Source: Pseudonocardiaceae bacterium
Lineage (GTDB): Bacteria > Actinomycetota > Actinomycetes > Mycobacteriales > Pseudonocardiaceae
Length of the DNA stretch: 45,931 nucleotides
NCBI GenBank assembly: GCA_050700515.1
Contig: JBOHHD010000592.1
Span: forward strand, 1 to 45,931
Reading direction: 5' to 3'
Below are positions 17,782 through 28,774 of this stretch, piece after piece; within the stretch, counting starts at the first letter, position 1, and every line of letters begins with the position of its first letter. The position numbers were made by a program, and so were the translations under genes. Under the pieces are notes generated by a model that saw nothing but the letters and a program-made list of their open reading frames with translations, was not told the origin of the DNA and did no database searches.

Positions 17782-20700
17782 GTGCGGATTGTATACGGCT
17801 GGATCGGAGAGGCGCAGGCCGCCTGGTTCGCCAAGTGGCTGCGTCCGTTCGAGGATTCCGAGTGGTTGCGGATCGGGATCGTCCGCCACGATTCCGATCC
17901 CGGCGGCGGGTGGGTGGGGGCCGACCCCGCCCTGCTGCGCGACGTGGGCACCCTCGATCGACTGCTGGGACGCCGGCTCAACCTGCTGCTGCACGGCCCC
18001 GGTCCGGGGGGTCGAGCCACGGACTGCTCGCCTCCGGCCTGGTGGTGGTGCCCGCGGCCGGTCCCGGCCAGGAAGAGATCATCCAGGTGAGTCCCGAGGG
18101 ACTGCGGCGCTTCTCGGCCTATGGCACCACAGCCGTCGAGCAGCCGGTACTGATCGAGTGCAAGTGGCGCGCAGTCGGTGGCGCATTCGCCACGACCCCG
18201 CGGCAGGAACTCGCTGCGGGGGAGAGCGAACTCGTTGCTGCGACGGAGCAGCCCGAGCCGACGCCTCTCGCCGACCCCCACAGCCTGTTCCTGGATCGCA
18301 TCGAGGAGGTCTGCAAGACCGGCTACGAGCGGGTCCAGATCCTTCGTGTCGAGACCGATCCACCGCACCTGCTGGTCACCCGTCCGGAGGGGGAGCTCAA
18401 CCCGCAGTGGCGGATAGGTGCCCATGTGGGAGCACTGAGCCGGGACGCTGTGGACGGATTCCTGCGTTATGAGCCCGGTCCCGGTTCGGAGCTGGTCTAC
18501 GAAGGTCCCCCGCCGGCGCGTGAGCTCCGGGAGGAGGCGCTGCGCCGGGGGGTGCGGGTGCGCAGCTTCCTGGAGTTCCAGGGCCTGCTCGATCTGAGCG
18601 GCTACCTCGACAAGCAGACGAACCGGCTGCGCACCGATCCCCGTTACCCTCCCGAGCTGTACGTGCCGCAGCGCTTCCGGGAGTTGGACGGCAGCGATCC
18701 CGGCGTTCGGGACGACCTTGCTGAGGAGCTCATCGATCTGGTCACCGCCGACTATGCCCGGTTCGTGTTGCTGCTCGGTGATTTCGGGGGTGGCAAGACG
18801 TTCGCGCTGCGGGAGGTGGCCCGGCGGATCGCCGAGACCAAACCGCATCTGATCCCGATTCTGATCGAGTTGCGGGGGCTGGACAAGGCGCACACCGTCC
18901 ATGGCCTGGTAGCCGCGCACCTGGCCAATGACAACGAGGGACTGGCCAACTTCAAGGCATTCGACTACATGCTCGGCGAGGGCCGGATCATCCTGCTGTT
19001 CGACGGTTTCGATGAGCTGGTGACCCGGCTCACCTACGACCGCGCCGCCGAGCACCTGCACACCCTGCTGGCGGCGGTGCAGGATCAGGCGAAGGTCGTG
19101 GTGGCCGGCCGGACCCAGCATTTCAAGTCCACCGCCCAGGTGCTGACCGCACTGGGCCAGCGGGTCGACCTGCTGCCCCACCGGCGGATCCTCACCGTCG
19201 AGGGCTTCAGCTCCACGCGGATCCGCATGTACCTGGTGAACCGCTTCGGCGGGGATTATCACAAGGCTGATTCCCGGGTGGAATTGATCAGGGAAATTCA
19301 GAACCTGCTCGATCTGGCCCAGAACCCGCGGATGCTCTGCTTCATCGCCGAGTTGGAGGAGGATCGGCTGCGCGCCGCGGCCGATGCCCGGAACAAGATC
19401 AGCGCGGCCGGACTGTACCGGCAGATCCTCGAGTCCTGGCTGTCCTACGAGGCGAACCGGGCGGTGAGTCCCGGCGCTGCGACCACGCTGCGGTTGGACG
19501 ACCTGCGCAAGGCCGTGACCACGCTGGCGCTGCGGCTGTGGGAGGCCGGTGAGTCGCACCTGCGGCTTCCCGCGCTCACCGAGGTGGCCGAGGCACTGTC
19601 CGGCCTGGCGGACGGTCAGCTGTCTGCGGACCAGACAGCCTTCGCGATGGGCCGGGACAGCCTGCTGGTGCGCACCGAGGAGGAGCAGTTCGGTTTCATC
19701 CACAGCTCGGTGGTCGAGTGGTTGGTCGCCGACACGATCGCCGAGCAGCTCAACTCCGGGGTGCTCGCACCCCCGCAACTGCACCAGCGCCCGCTGTCCC
19801 AGCTCACCGTCGCTTTCTTGGGCGACCTTGCCGATACCCGGGCCTGCCAGGTCTGGGCGGACTCGGTATCCAGCAGCGCCGATGTCACCGATGCGGCCCG
19901 GGCCAACGCCTACAAGGTGAGTGCCCGGCTGCACGTTCAACCCACTGCGGACATGCGAGGGGCCTCCCTGAAGGGCGAGGATCTGTCCTACCGTGATCTG
20001 CGGGGGGTCGATCTCACCGGAGCCGATCTCACCGGAGCCAGCCTGGTGGGAGCGAATCTGCGAGGGGCGATCCTGCGCGACGCTGCGCTGGCGCGGGCGC
20101 GCCTGGACGAAGCGCAGCTCAACGGCGCCGATCTCACGGGTGCCGACTTCCGTCACGCCAGGCTGTTTCAGGCCGATCTCACCGGCGTGATCATGGCCAG
20201 GAGCCGGTGGAGCCGGGCGGCGCTGATTGATACGACAGCTGTTCCAGACGTTCCGGAGCGCTATGGGGCGGCCGTGGCTCCTGGCGATCCGGTCGAGACC
20301 GAACTCGCCCCGGCCTCGATCGGGGTCCGGCACGGCTTTGATGCTGAGCTGGGTCGGCTTCCTCAGGTTCTGGACTACAGCCCGGACGGGGGCATGCTGG
20401 CGATCGGCAGCGACGGCGGTGGTGTGCTGATCTGCGATACCTCGACCGGCTTGCCCTTACGAACCTTGCCCGGGCATCGGGGCCGGGTGTTCGCGGTGGC
20501 CTACGGCGAGGACATTCTGGTCACCGGATCCGACGACGGCACGGTGCGGATCTGGGACGCGGCCACCGGCCACTGCCGGTATCTCCTGGAGGGCCACGAG
20601 CAGTGGTCGTGGCCGGTGGCCATCAGCGCGTCCGGGCAGGAACTGGCCACCGGGGACGCCAACGGTGTCTTGCGACTATGGGACCTCAAGAACGGTTCGT

Positions 20701-21580
20701 TGCGGCGTGAGCTGTCCACCGGGCGTGGACTCATCTTCAGCCTGGCCTTCACCGGTCGGCTGATCGCGGCCGCCTACCGGGACGGTAGCGCCCTGCTGTG
20801 GAACACCGTGACCGGCGAGACGCGAGACGAACTCACCGGTGCGACCGGGTCGGTCTACCGAGTCGCCGTCTGCCCCGGCCACGGCGGCCTGCTGGCTACC
20901 GGGGGATCGGCCGGAACGGTACGCCTGTGGGACCCGGCAACCGGCCAGCTGCGCGCGGAGCTGCGGGGACATACCGGCCGGGTGTACACCTTGGCCTTCC
21001 ACCCGCACGAGCCTCTGCTCGCCAGCGGCGACACAGACGGTGGGGTGCGACTCTGGGACGCCGCCACCGATCAGCTCCGCCACCTGCTGAGCGGCCATCC
21101 GGACGTTTGGCGCACACCCTGGCCCCGCATTACGGCCGGGTGCGTTCGATCTCGTTCAACGCTGACGGTTCCCTGATCGCCACCGGGTGTGACGACCGCA
21201 TGATCCGGCTCTGGGATGCGGCGTCGGGGAGGCTGGTTCGGACGCTGGAAGGGCACACCGACCGGGTCTATGCCGTCGACTTCGCCTCCGGCATCCTCGC
21301 CAGCGCCTCGTAGGACATGACCGCCCGGGTGTGGGACCTCGAGTCCGGACAGTTCCTGGCCACCGGAAGCGGTGACGGAACCGCCCGGCTGCGGTCCCTC
21401 CCCGACCAGGCACCCGTGAACCGATTGACTCTGCTCGGGCTACCTGAAGGGTGGGCCGCGCTGGCACCGGACGGTCGCTACAAGCGCGAGGGCGATGTCG
21501 GTGGGCAGTTCTGGCACGTGATCGGCATGTGCCGCTTCGAGATCGGCGAGCTGGATCCGTACCTACCCGACGTCCGGTAA
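17782..21580 (+). pseudogene. STAND NTPase: (metallophosphoesterase-like remnant)-NACHT-pentapeptide repeats-WD40, disrupted at several points
   Basis: Walker A is LLLGDFGGGKTFAL (18778-18801) and Walker B is IILLFDGFDEL (18986-19018). Pentapeptide repeats span 19953-20190. At least 8 WD40 units follow (GH..V...AF, ..DGTVRLWD). The conserved C-terminal tail is [22 protein letters not shown]. The coding signal moves from the frame of track ORF 17782..18090 to 17835..21176 near 18000-18030 (G6 run at 18006-18011). It then moves to the frame of 20798..21313 near 21090-21120. That frame continues through an in-frame TAG (21311-21313) into 21317..21580. Confidence 0.85.
19953..20190 (+). repeat. 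Pentapeptide-repeat coding array (A(D/N)LxG-type), including a perfect 15-bp tandem duplication at 20010-20039
   Basis: The translation is DMRGASLKGEDLSYRDLRGVDLTGADLTGASLVGANLRGAILRDAALARARLDEAQLNGADLTGADFRHARLFQADLTG. The unit gatctcaccggagcc occurs twice. Confidence 0.85.
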
Positions 21581-21750
21581 CTACCACTGGATGCACCCTT
21601 CTGAGTTCGCTCTTCCCGGTAGCTCCGGGTAGCGGTTCCAGGTGTCCGGTCCGCGCGGCGGCGATCTGTCCGAGGCAGGGACTAGGGTCCAGGGCTGCGG
21701 CCGGCAGCTGCCCGTCTCGGGGGCAGCGGGAGTGGAAGGAGGCGTCGTCG

Positions 21751-24700
21751 GTGTCTGGTGACTCGTTCGTACACCTGCACGTACACACCGAGTACTCGAT
21801 GCTCGATGGGGCGGCCAAGATAGCTCCGCTGTTCACCGAGGCTGCGAGGCTCGGCATGCCCGCCATCGCCATGACCGATCACGGGAACATGTTCGGGGCG
21901 TACTTCTTCCATCAGCAGGCGACCAAGGCCGGGGTCAAACCGATCATCGGCATCGAGGCGTACGTGGCGCCCGCATCGAGATACCTCAAGAAACAGCTGC
22001 GCTGGGGAACACCGGATCAGCGCAGCGACGACGTATCCAACGGTGCCTATACGCACATGACCCTGTTGGCGCGGAACGCCACCGGGCTGCGCAATCTGTT
22101 CCGCCTGTCGAGCGTCGCCAGTCTGGATGGATACTATTTCAAGCCGCGGATGGATCGCGAGCTGCTGGCCCAGCATGCGGAAGGAATCATCGCCACCACC
22201 GGCTGTCCCTCCGGGGAAGTACAAACCCGGCTACGGCTGGGGCACGACCGTGAGGCATTGCAGGCGGCGTCGGACTTCCGGGACATTTTCGGTGTGGAGA
22301 ACTATTATCTCGAGATAATGGACCACGGCCTGGACATCGAGCGCCGGGTTCGCGACGGCTTGCGCATGATCGCCGAGCAGCTCAGCTTGCCACCCCTGGC
22401 CACCAATGACAGCCACTACGTCACCCGGGACCAGTCCACTGCCCACGAGGCACTGCTGTGCGTGCAGTCCGGCAAGACGCTGCACGACCCGAACCGGTTC
22501 AAATTCGACGGCGACGGATATTATCTCAAGTCGGCCGAGGAAATGCGGACCATGTTCGACGAGCAGCTCCCGGGGGCCTGCGACAATACTTTGGTGATCG
22601 CCGAACGCGTGCAGTCCTACGATGAGGTCTTCCAGTTCGTCGACCGGATGCCCCGTTTTCCACTGCCCGAGGGTGAGACCGAGAACTCGTGGCTCGCCAA
22701 AGAGGTCCAAGCGGGCCTGGCGCGACGCTACCCGGACGGAATCCCACCGGATCGGCAGGCCCGCGCCGAGTACGAATTGCAAGTTATCGGTGCGATGGGA
22801 TTTCCGGCGTACTTCCTGGTTGTTGCCGACCTCTGCCAGTACGCCAGGCACAACAACATTCGCGTCGGGCCCGGTCGAGGCTCTGCTGCGGGATCGATCG
22901 TCGCCTACGCGCTGGAGATAACAGATCTCGATCCGATGGATCACTCCCTGCTGTTCGAGCGGTTCCTGAACCCGGAGCGGGTGAGCCCGCCGGATATCGA
23001 TCTGGACTTCGACGAGCGTCGACGCGGTGAAATGATCCGTTACGTCACCGAGCGGTGGGGTGAGGAGAAGGTCGCCCAGATCGTCACCTTCGGGACGATC
23101 AAGTCGAAGGCAGCACTCAAGGACGCGGCCCGGGTCCTGGGCTATCCGTACTCGCTGGGCGACAGATTGACCAAGGCCATGCCCCCCGCGGTGATGGGTA
23201 AGGACATCTCGCTGTCCGGAATTGTGGAACCCGCGCACCCAAGACATGGTGAGGCAGCCGAGTTCCGGGCCTTGTTGGACTCCGATGCCGATACGAAGAA
23301 GGTGTTCGACACGGCGCGTGGGTTGGAGGGCCTGACCCGCCAGGCAGGCGTGCACGCGGCAGGGGTCATCCTCTCGGCCGAGCCGTTGCTCGACGTGCTG
23401 CCGATCTGGCGACGTGACCAGGACGGCGCGATCATCACCGGATTCGACTATCCCAGCTGTGAGGCCATGGGGTTGTTGAAGATGGACTTCCTGGGGCTGC
23501 GCAACCTCACCATTCTCGATGAGGCGATCGAGAACGTCCTCGCCAACCGAGAAATCAAGATCGATCTGAACTCTCTGTCACTGGACGACACGGCTGCCTA
23601 TCAATTGCTGGCCCGGGGTGACACGCTCGGTGTGTTCCAGCTCGATGGTGGACCGATGCGGGCATTGTTGCGGTCCATGGTTCCGACCAGCTTCGGTGAC
23701 ATTTCCGCCGTCCTCGCGCTCTACCGCCCAGGGCCGATGGGGGCGAACGCGCACAATGACTATGCCGACCGCAAGAACGGTCGCAAACCCGTCGAGCCGA
23801 TCCATCCCGAACTGGCTGAGCCACTCGCCGACATCCTCGACGAGACCTACGGCCTGATCGTCTACCAGGAACAAGTCATGGCGATCGCCCAGAAAGTGGC
23901 CGGCTACAGCCTCAGCAGTGCCGATCTGCTCCGCCGCGCGATGGGCAAGAAGAAAAAAGAGATCCTCGACAAGGAATACATCCCGTTCAGTGAGGGTATG
24001 CAGGCGAACGGTTATTCCGATAAGAGCATCAAGACCCTGTGGGACATCCTCGTCCCGTTCTCCGACTACGCCTTCAACAAGGCCCACACCGCCGGCTACG
24101 GCCTCGTGTCCTACTGGACCGCCTACCTCAAGGCGAACTATCCGGCCGAGTACATGGCGGCGCTGCTCACCAGCGTCCGGGATGACAAGGACAAGATGGC
24201 CGTCTACCTCGCCGAGGCGCGCAAGATGGGGGTCAAGGTGTTGCCGCCCGACGTCAACGAGTCCGGCCACCGGTTCACCGCGATCGGCACCGATATCCGC
24301 TTCGGACTCGAAGCGGTACGCAACGTCGGCACCAATGTCGTCGCCTCGGTCATCCGAACGCGGGAAGCGAAGGGGCGCTACACCAGCTTCTCGGATTTCC
24401 TGAACAAGGCCGAGATCACGGCGTGCAACAAACGCACGATCGAGTCATTGATCAAGGCGGGAGCTTTCGACGAGCTCGGCAATACCCGCATGAGTCTGTG
24501 TGCGCACCATGAAGCGGCGATCGACGCGGTGATGGGCGTGAAGCGGCAGCAGGAGATCGGGCAGTTCGATCTGTTCGGTGGCGAACTGTCGTCCGGAGAA
24601 GACGCCCCTCCCTTTGGTCTTGATGTCACCTACAGCCCCGACGAATGGCCACGCAAGCAATTGCTGGGCTATGAGCGAGAGATGCTGGGGCTCTACGTCT

Positions 24701-25302
24701 CCTCGCACCCCCTCTCGGGTGCCGAGCACATCATTCGTAAATATCGGGACCTGCCGATAGCCGAACTCATCGGCGAGGACCTGCCGAGTCGGGACGAGCG
24801 GCAGAACCTGAAGATCGCAGGAATGATCTCTTCGGTGCAGCGCAGGATCAACAAAAGCGGTGAGCCCTGGGCCATTGCCACGGTCGAGGACCTGGAGGCA
24901 TCCGTGGAGGTGTTGGTCTTCCCGCGCAGCTACGAGGTGCTCGCCCCCAACCTCGTCGAGGATTCGGCCGTGGCGGTGCAGGGCAGGATCAACCGTCGAG
25001 ACGGCACGGTAAGCATCTTCGCCACCGATGTCGTGCCGCTCAACATCGAGGACGCCGACCTGCTGGCTGTGGGTGAGCAACCCCCGGTGGTACTGGTCAC
25101 CCAGACCCAGAAGGTCACCCCCCTGTTGGTCGAGAACCTCAAGCGGGTGCTCGACTCCCACCCCGGCAATCGCCCCGTGCGGCTTCAACTCCAGGGCACG
25201 CAGAACCTCACCCTCATGCTGGGGAACTACAGCGTTGAGGTCTCCGCCGCGTTTTGCGGCGACATCAAAGCGGTACTCGGCTCCGGCGGTGTCGTCGCGT
25301 GA
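21751..25302 (+). CDS. dnaE: DNA polymerase III alpha subunit (DnaE1)
   Basis: The PHP domain start is [17 protein letters not shown]. The ORF is DnaE-like throughout. GTG 21751 is preceded by GGAAGGAGG (21735-21743) and gives 1183 aa. The track start at 21451 is an artefactual extension. Confidence 0.95.
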   Translation: MSGDSFVHLHVHTEYSMLDGAAKIAPLFTEAARLGMPAIAMTDHGNMFGAYFFHQQATKAGVKPIIGIEAYVAPASRYLKKQLRWGTPDQRSDDVSNGAYTHMTLLARNATGLRNLFRLSSVASLDGYYFKPRMDRELLAQHAEGIIATTGCPSGEVQTRLRLGHDREALQAASDFRDIFGVENYYLEIMDHGLDIERRVRDGLRMIAEQLSLPPLATNDSHYVTRDQSTAHEALLCVQSGKTLHDPNRFKFDGDGYYLKSAEEMRTMFDEQLPGACDNTLVIAERVQSYDEVFQFVDRMPRFPLPEGETENSWLAKEVQAGLARRYPDGIPPDRQARAEYELQVIGAMGFPAYFLVVADLCQYARHNNIRVGPGRGSAAGSIVAYALEITDLDPMDHSLLFERFLNPERVSPPDIDLDFDERRRGEMIRYVTERWGEEKVAQIVTFGTIKSKAALKDAARVLGYPYSLGDRLTKAMPPAVMGKDISLSGIVEPAHPRHGEAAEFRALLDSDADTKKVFDTARGLEGLTRQAGVHAAGVILSAEPLLDVLPIWRRDQDGAIITGFDYPSCEAMGLLKMDFLGLRNLTILDEAIENVLANREIKIDLNSLSLDDTAAYQLLARGDTLGVFQLDGGPMRALLRSMVPTSFGDISAVLALYRPGPMGANAHNDYADRKNGRKPVEPIHPELAEPLADILDETYGLIVYQEQVMAIAQKVAGYSLSSADLLRRAMGKKKKEILDKEYIPFSEGMQANGYSDKSIKTLWDILVPFSDYAFNKAHTAGYGLVSYWTAYLKANYPAEYMAALLTSVRDDKDKMAVYLAEARKMGVKVLPPDVNESGHRFTAIGTDIRFGLEAVRNVGTNVVASVIRTREAKGRYTSFSDFLNKAEITACNKRTIESLIKAGAFDELGNTRMSLCAHHEAAIDAVMGVKRQQEIGQFDLFGGELSSGEDAPPFGLDVTYSPDEWPRKQLLGYEREMLGLYVSSHPLSGAEHIIRKYRDLPIAELIGEDLPSRDERQNLKIAGMISSVQRRINKSGEPWAIATVEDLEASVEVLVFPRSYEVLAPNLVEDSAVAVQGRINRRDGTVSIFATDVVPLNIEDADLLAVGEQPPVVLVTQTQKVTPLLVENLKRVLDSHPGNRPVRLQLQGTQNLTLMLGNYSVEVSAAFCGDIKAVLGSGGVVA

Positions 25303-25379
25303 GATGCACGGAGAAGGACGTGCACCCGATCGGGGCAGTAGAGTAGGGAAATCCAAGTCTCGGCGACAGGGAGTCGCAG

Positions 25380-26966
25380 GTGGGCAACGACACGCCCCGA
25401 CATGACCTTGACCAAGACCTTAACCTTCCCCCGGACGACGACAGCGGACCGCGCGAGGAGTGCGGCGTCTTCGGGGTGTGGGCGCCCGGCGAGGAAGTCG
25501 CCAAGCTCGCCTACTTCGGCTTGTACGCGTTGCAACACCGGGGCCAGGAAGCCGCAGGTATCGCGGTGTCGGACGGCTCCCAGGTGCTCGTGTTCAAGGA
25601 TCTCGGGCTGGTCAGCCAGGTGTTCGACGAACAGGTGCTCTCCAGCCTGATCGGACATATCGCGGTCGGCCACTGCCGCTACTCCACCACCGGCTCCACC
25701 ACCTGGGAGAACGCGCAGCCGACCTTCCGCACCACGGCCACCGGTTCGGGCCTGGCCCTGGGGCACAACGGCAACCTGGTGAACACCGCCGAGCTCCTGG
25801 AACAGGCGCGCGCGGTGGACGGTCCGACCCGCCACGGCAATGGCGCGGGCCCGCGAGCCGGGATGGACGCCGCTACGACGGACTCGGACCTGGTCACCGG
25901 GCTGCTCGCGGCGGGGGCTGTTGATACCGGCATCGAGGAGGCCGCCCAGCGCCTGCTGCCCCAGCTGCGGGGAGCGTTCTCGCTGGTTTTCTGCGACGAG
26001 GGCACGCTGTATGCCGCCCGGGATCCGCACGGCGTGCGCCCCCTGGTGCTGGGCAGACTGGAGCGCGGCTGGGTGGTGGCCAGCGAGACCGCGGCGCTGG
26101 ACATCGTCGGGGCGAGCTTTGTCCGCGAGGTGGAACCCGGCGAGCTGCTGGCCATCGATGCCGGCGGGCTGCGCAGCTCGCGCTTCGCCAACCCCGAGCC
26201 CAAGGGCTGTCTGTTCGAGTACGTCTATCTGGCCCGTCCGGACACCACGATCTCCGGCCGCGGGGTGCACGCCACCCGGGTGGAGATCGGGCGCAGGCTG
26301 GCCAAGGAACACCCCGCGTGGGCTGAACTCGTCATCCCGGTGCCCGAGTCCGGCACCCCGGCGGCCATCGGCTACGCGCAGGGCTCCGGCATTCCCTACG
26401 GTTCGGGACTGGTGAAGAACTCCTACGTGGGGCGTACCTTCATCCAACCCAGCCAGACCATCCGTCAGCTCGGCATCCGCCTCAAACTCAACCCGCTGCG
26501 CGACGTGATCCGCGGCAAGCGCCTCGTGGTGGTGGACGACTCCATCGTGCGCGGCAACACCCAGCGTGCGCTGATCCGGATGCTGCGCGAGGCCGGCGCG
26601 ATCGAGGTGCACGTGCGGATCGCCAGCCCCCCGGTGCGCTGGCCCTGTTTCTACGGCATCGACTTCGCCTCCCGCGCCGAGCTCATCGCCAACGGCGCCG
26701 ACATCGACGGCGTGCGCCGCTCCATCGGCGCCGACAGCCTGGGCTACATCAGCCTCGACGGTCTGGTCGCCGCCTCCGAGCAGCCCCGATCCCGGCTCTG
26801 CGCGGCGTGCTTCGACGGTGACTACCCCATCCCGCTGCCACCGAGCGAATCCATCGGTAAGCACCTACTGGAGAATCTCGAAGCGGTGGTGCGCGGTCTG
26901 ACGGGCGAGGGGGAACCCGCGATAGGGGTGGGCTATGGCGCTGAGGATGCGCTGCGCCGCCCCTGA
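25380..26966 (+). CDS. purF: Amidophosphoribosyltransferase PurF
   Basis: The propeptide is followed by the catalytic Cys (EECGVFGVWAPGEEVAKLAYFGLYALQHRGQEAAGIA). The PRPP-binding region is LVVVDDSIVRGNT. C-terminal Cys residues are consistent with Fe-S cluster ligands. Confidence 0.95.
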   Translation: MGNDTPRHDLDQDLNLPPDDDSGPREECGVFGVWAPGEEVAKLAYFGLYALQHRGQEAAGIAVSDGSQVLVFKDLGLVSQVFDEQVLSSLIGHIAVGHCRYSTTGSTTWENAQPTFRTTATGSGLALGHNGNLVNTAELLEQARAVDGPTRHGNGAGPRAGMDAATTDSDLVTGLLAAGAVDTGIEEAAQRLLPQLRGAFSLVFCDEGTLYAARDPHGVRPLVLGRLERGWVVASETAALDIVGASFVREVEPGELLAIDAGGLRSSRFANPEPKGCLFEYVYLARPDTTISGRGVHATRVEIGRRLAKEHPAWAELVIPVPESGTPAAIGYAQGSGIPYGSGLVKNSYVGRTFIQPSQTIRQLGIRLKLNPLRDVIRGKRLVVVDDSIVRGNTQRALIRMLREAGAIEVHVRIASPPVRWPCFYGIDFASRAELIANGADIDGVRRSIGADSLGYISLDGLVAASEQPRSRLCAACFDGDYPIPLPPSESIGKHLLENLEAVVRGLTGEGEPAIGVGYGAEDALRRP

Positions 26967-27025
26967 GCCGGTAGCGTGATCTGTTAACGCTCGAAGCCGC
27001 CCCGCACGCTCGGGAGTCACCCCCC

Positions 27026-28111
27026 ATGGCCGAGATCGACAGCTCCTTCCCTCCTTATGCCACCGACGTCGTCACTGGCGAAACCCTCGCTCGGGTGCGT
27101 ACGCACGTGGCTCGGGCCAGCCGTCCCGAGATACTCGACGGGATCGGCGGCTTTGCGGGCCTGTTCAAGCTCAGGCTCGACCCCTGGCGCGAGCCCGTGC
27201 TGGCCTCGTCGACCGACGGAGTCGGCGCCAAGGTCGCCGTCGCGCAGGAGATGGGTGTGCACGACACCATCGGGATCGACCTGGTGGCCATGGTCGTCGA
27301 CGACCTCGTCGTCTGCGGTGCCGAACCACTTTTCCTGCAGGACTACATCACGGTCGGCAAGGTCGTGCCGGAGCAGATCACCGAGTTGGTGGCCGGCATG
27401 TCGGCGGGCTGCATCCGGGCCGGCTGCGCGCTGCTGGGTGGACAGACGGCTGAGCGTGCCGGGCTGCTGGCCGTCGGCGATTACCAGCTGTCCGCCACCG
27501 CTGTCGGTGTGGTCGAGGCCGATGAGCTGCTCGGCCCGGACCGGGTGCGTCCAGGCGATGTGGTGGTCGCCATGGCCTCCTCCGGGCTGCACACCGGCGG
27601 CTACTCGCTGGCCCGCCATGTACTGCTGGACATCGCCAGGATGCCCCTGGACGGCCATGTGGAGGAGTTCGGTCGCACCCTGGGGGAGCAGTTACTCGAA
27701 CCCACCCGCATCTATGCCAAGGACTGCCTGGCCTTGGTCGCCGAGACCGAGGTGCGAACCTTCGCGCACATCACCGACGGTGGTCTGGCGGCGAATCTGG
27801 CGCGGGTGATACCCCGGGGGCTGGTCGCCGTGCTGCACCGCGGCACCTGGACGCCGGACGCCGCCTTCGCTCTGATCGCCCGCCGCGGACGCGTGCCGCG
27901 CGCGGAAATGGAGCGCACCTTCAACATGGGCGTGGGGATGGTCACGGTGATCAATCCGGACGAGGTCGACCGGGCGATGGCCGTGCTCACCGCCAGGCAT
28001 GTTCCCGCCTGGGTACTCGGCGAGGTGCACAAGGCCTGCGACGTCGGGGTTGACGCTACCGACGACGGTGAGCAGCGCACCATTCTCCGCGGGGATCACC
28101 CGCGATTTTGA
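27026..28111 (+). CDS. purM: Phosphoribosylformylglycinamidine cyclo-ligase PurM (AIR synthetase)
   Basis: GIGGFAGLFKL, STDGVGAKV and DLVAMVVDDLVVCGAEPLFLQDY are PurM signatures. Confidence 0.95.
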   Translation: MAEIDSSFPPYATDVVTGETLARVRTHVARASRPEILDGIGGFAGLFKLRLDPWREPVLASSTDGVGAKVAVAQEMGVHDTIGIDLVAMVVDDLVVCGAEPLFLQDYITVGKVVPEQITELVAGMSAGCIRAGCALLGGQTAERAGLLAVGDYQLSATAVGVVEADELLGPDRVRPGDVVVAMASSGLHTGGYSLARHVLLDIARMPLDGHVEEFGRTLGEQLLEPTRIYAKDCLALVAETEVRTFAHITDGGLAANLARVIPRGLVAVLHRGTWTPDAAFALIARRGRVPRAEMERTFNMGVGMVTVINPDEVDRAMAVLTARHVPAWVLGEVHKACDVGVDATDDGEQRTILRGDHPRF

Positions 28112-28178
28112 CTGGTGGGGCCCAGCCTTCTGGTACACAGCCTCAGGGGCGCTTCGGCGGGGATGTCCGTGCATTCGC

Positions 28179-28391
28179 TCAACGGCGATGGTACTCGTCG
28201 TACTCATCGTCGTAGGAGTCCCTGAGGCGATCCTCATCGCTGCGGTGGCGATCGCCCCGAGGGCTCTCGTTTCGCGGGCTGGGATCGCCAGAGAGCTCCC
28301 GTTGCAGGGCCTCCAGATCAGTGGTCGGAGAACTGTACTTGAGCTCCCGGGCCACCTTAGTCTGCTTGGCCTTAGCTCGGCCGCGCCCCAT
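28179..28391 (-). CDS. DUF3073 family protein
   Basis: It encodes MGRGRAKAKQTKVARELKYSSPTTDLEALQRELS... (70 aa), the conserved actinobacterial small protein found next to purM. The track ORF is extended to 28760. Confidence 0.8.
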   Translation of the reverse strand: MGRGRAKAKQTKVARELKYSSPTTDLEALQRELSGDPSPRNESPRGDRHRSDEDRLRDSYDDEYDEYHRR

Positions 28392-28774
28392 GGCTCGACC
28401 CCCTCGCGCAGGGACGGGGCGGCCGGGGGAATCGGCGGCCCCGTTCAGCTGGACAACGTTTCTCTTGATACCACCGTACAGGGTTGTCCACCCGGCACGC
28501 GACGCGGCACGACTCGTGGGGTGAGCGTCACTCCCTGGCGCAGTTGGCGGCTCTTCGAGTACCACGACCCGGCCGATGCCGAGGGGAGCTACCGGAGCAG
28601 CCGGTTGGACTACCTGGCCCCGTACCCGGTAGCGCCGTGTGACAGAATCCGGCCCCATCGGGGGGATGGGCCGATACTGAAGGAGGTGGCATGTCCGTCC
28701 TGGCGCTGTCGACACCCACCGGCGAGCCGCTGTCGTTGCTCGCCGCGGCTGTGGTCGCACTGGGAGTGGTCGGA

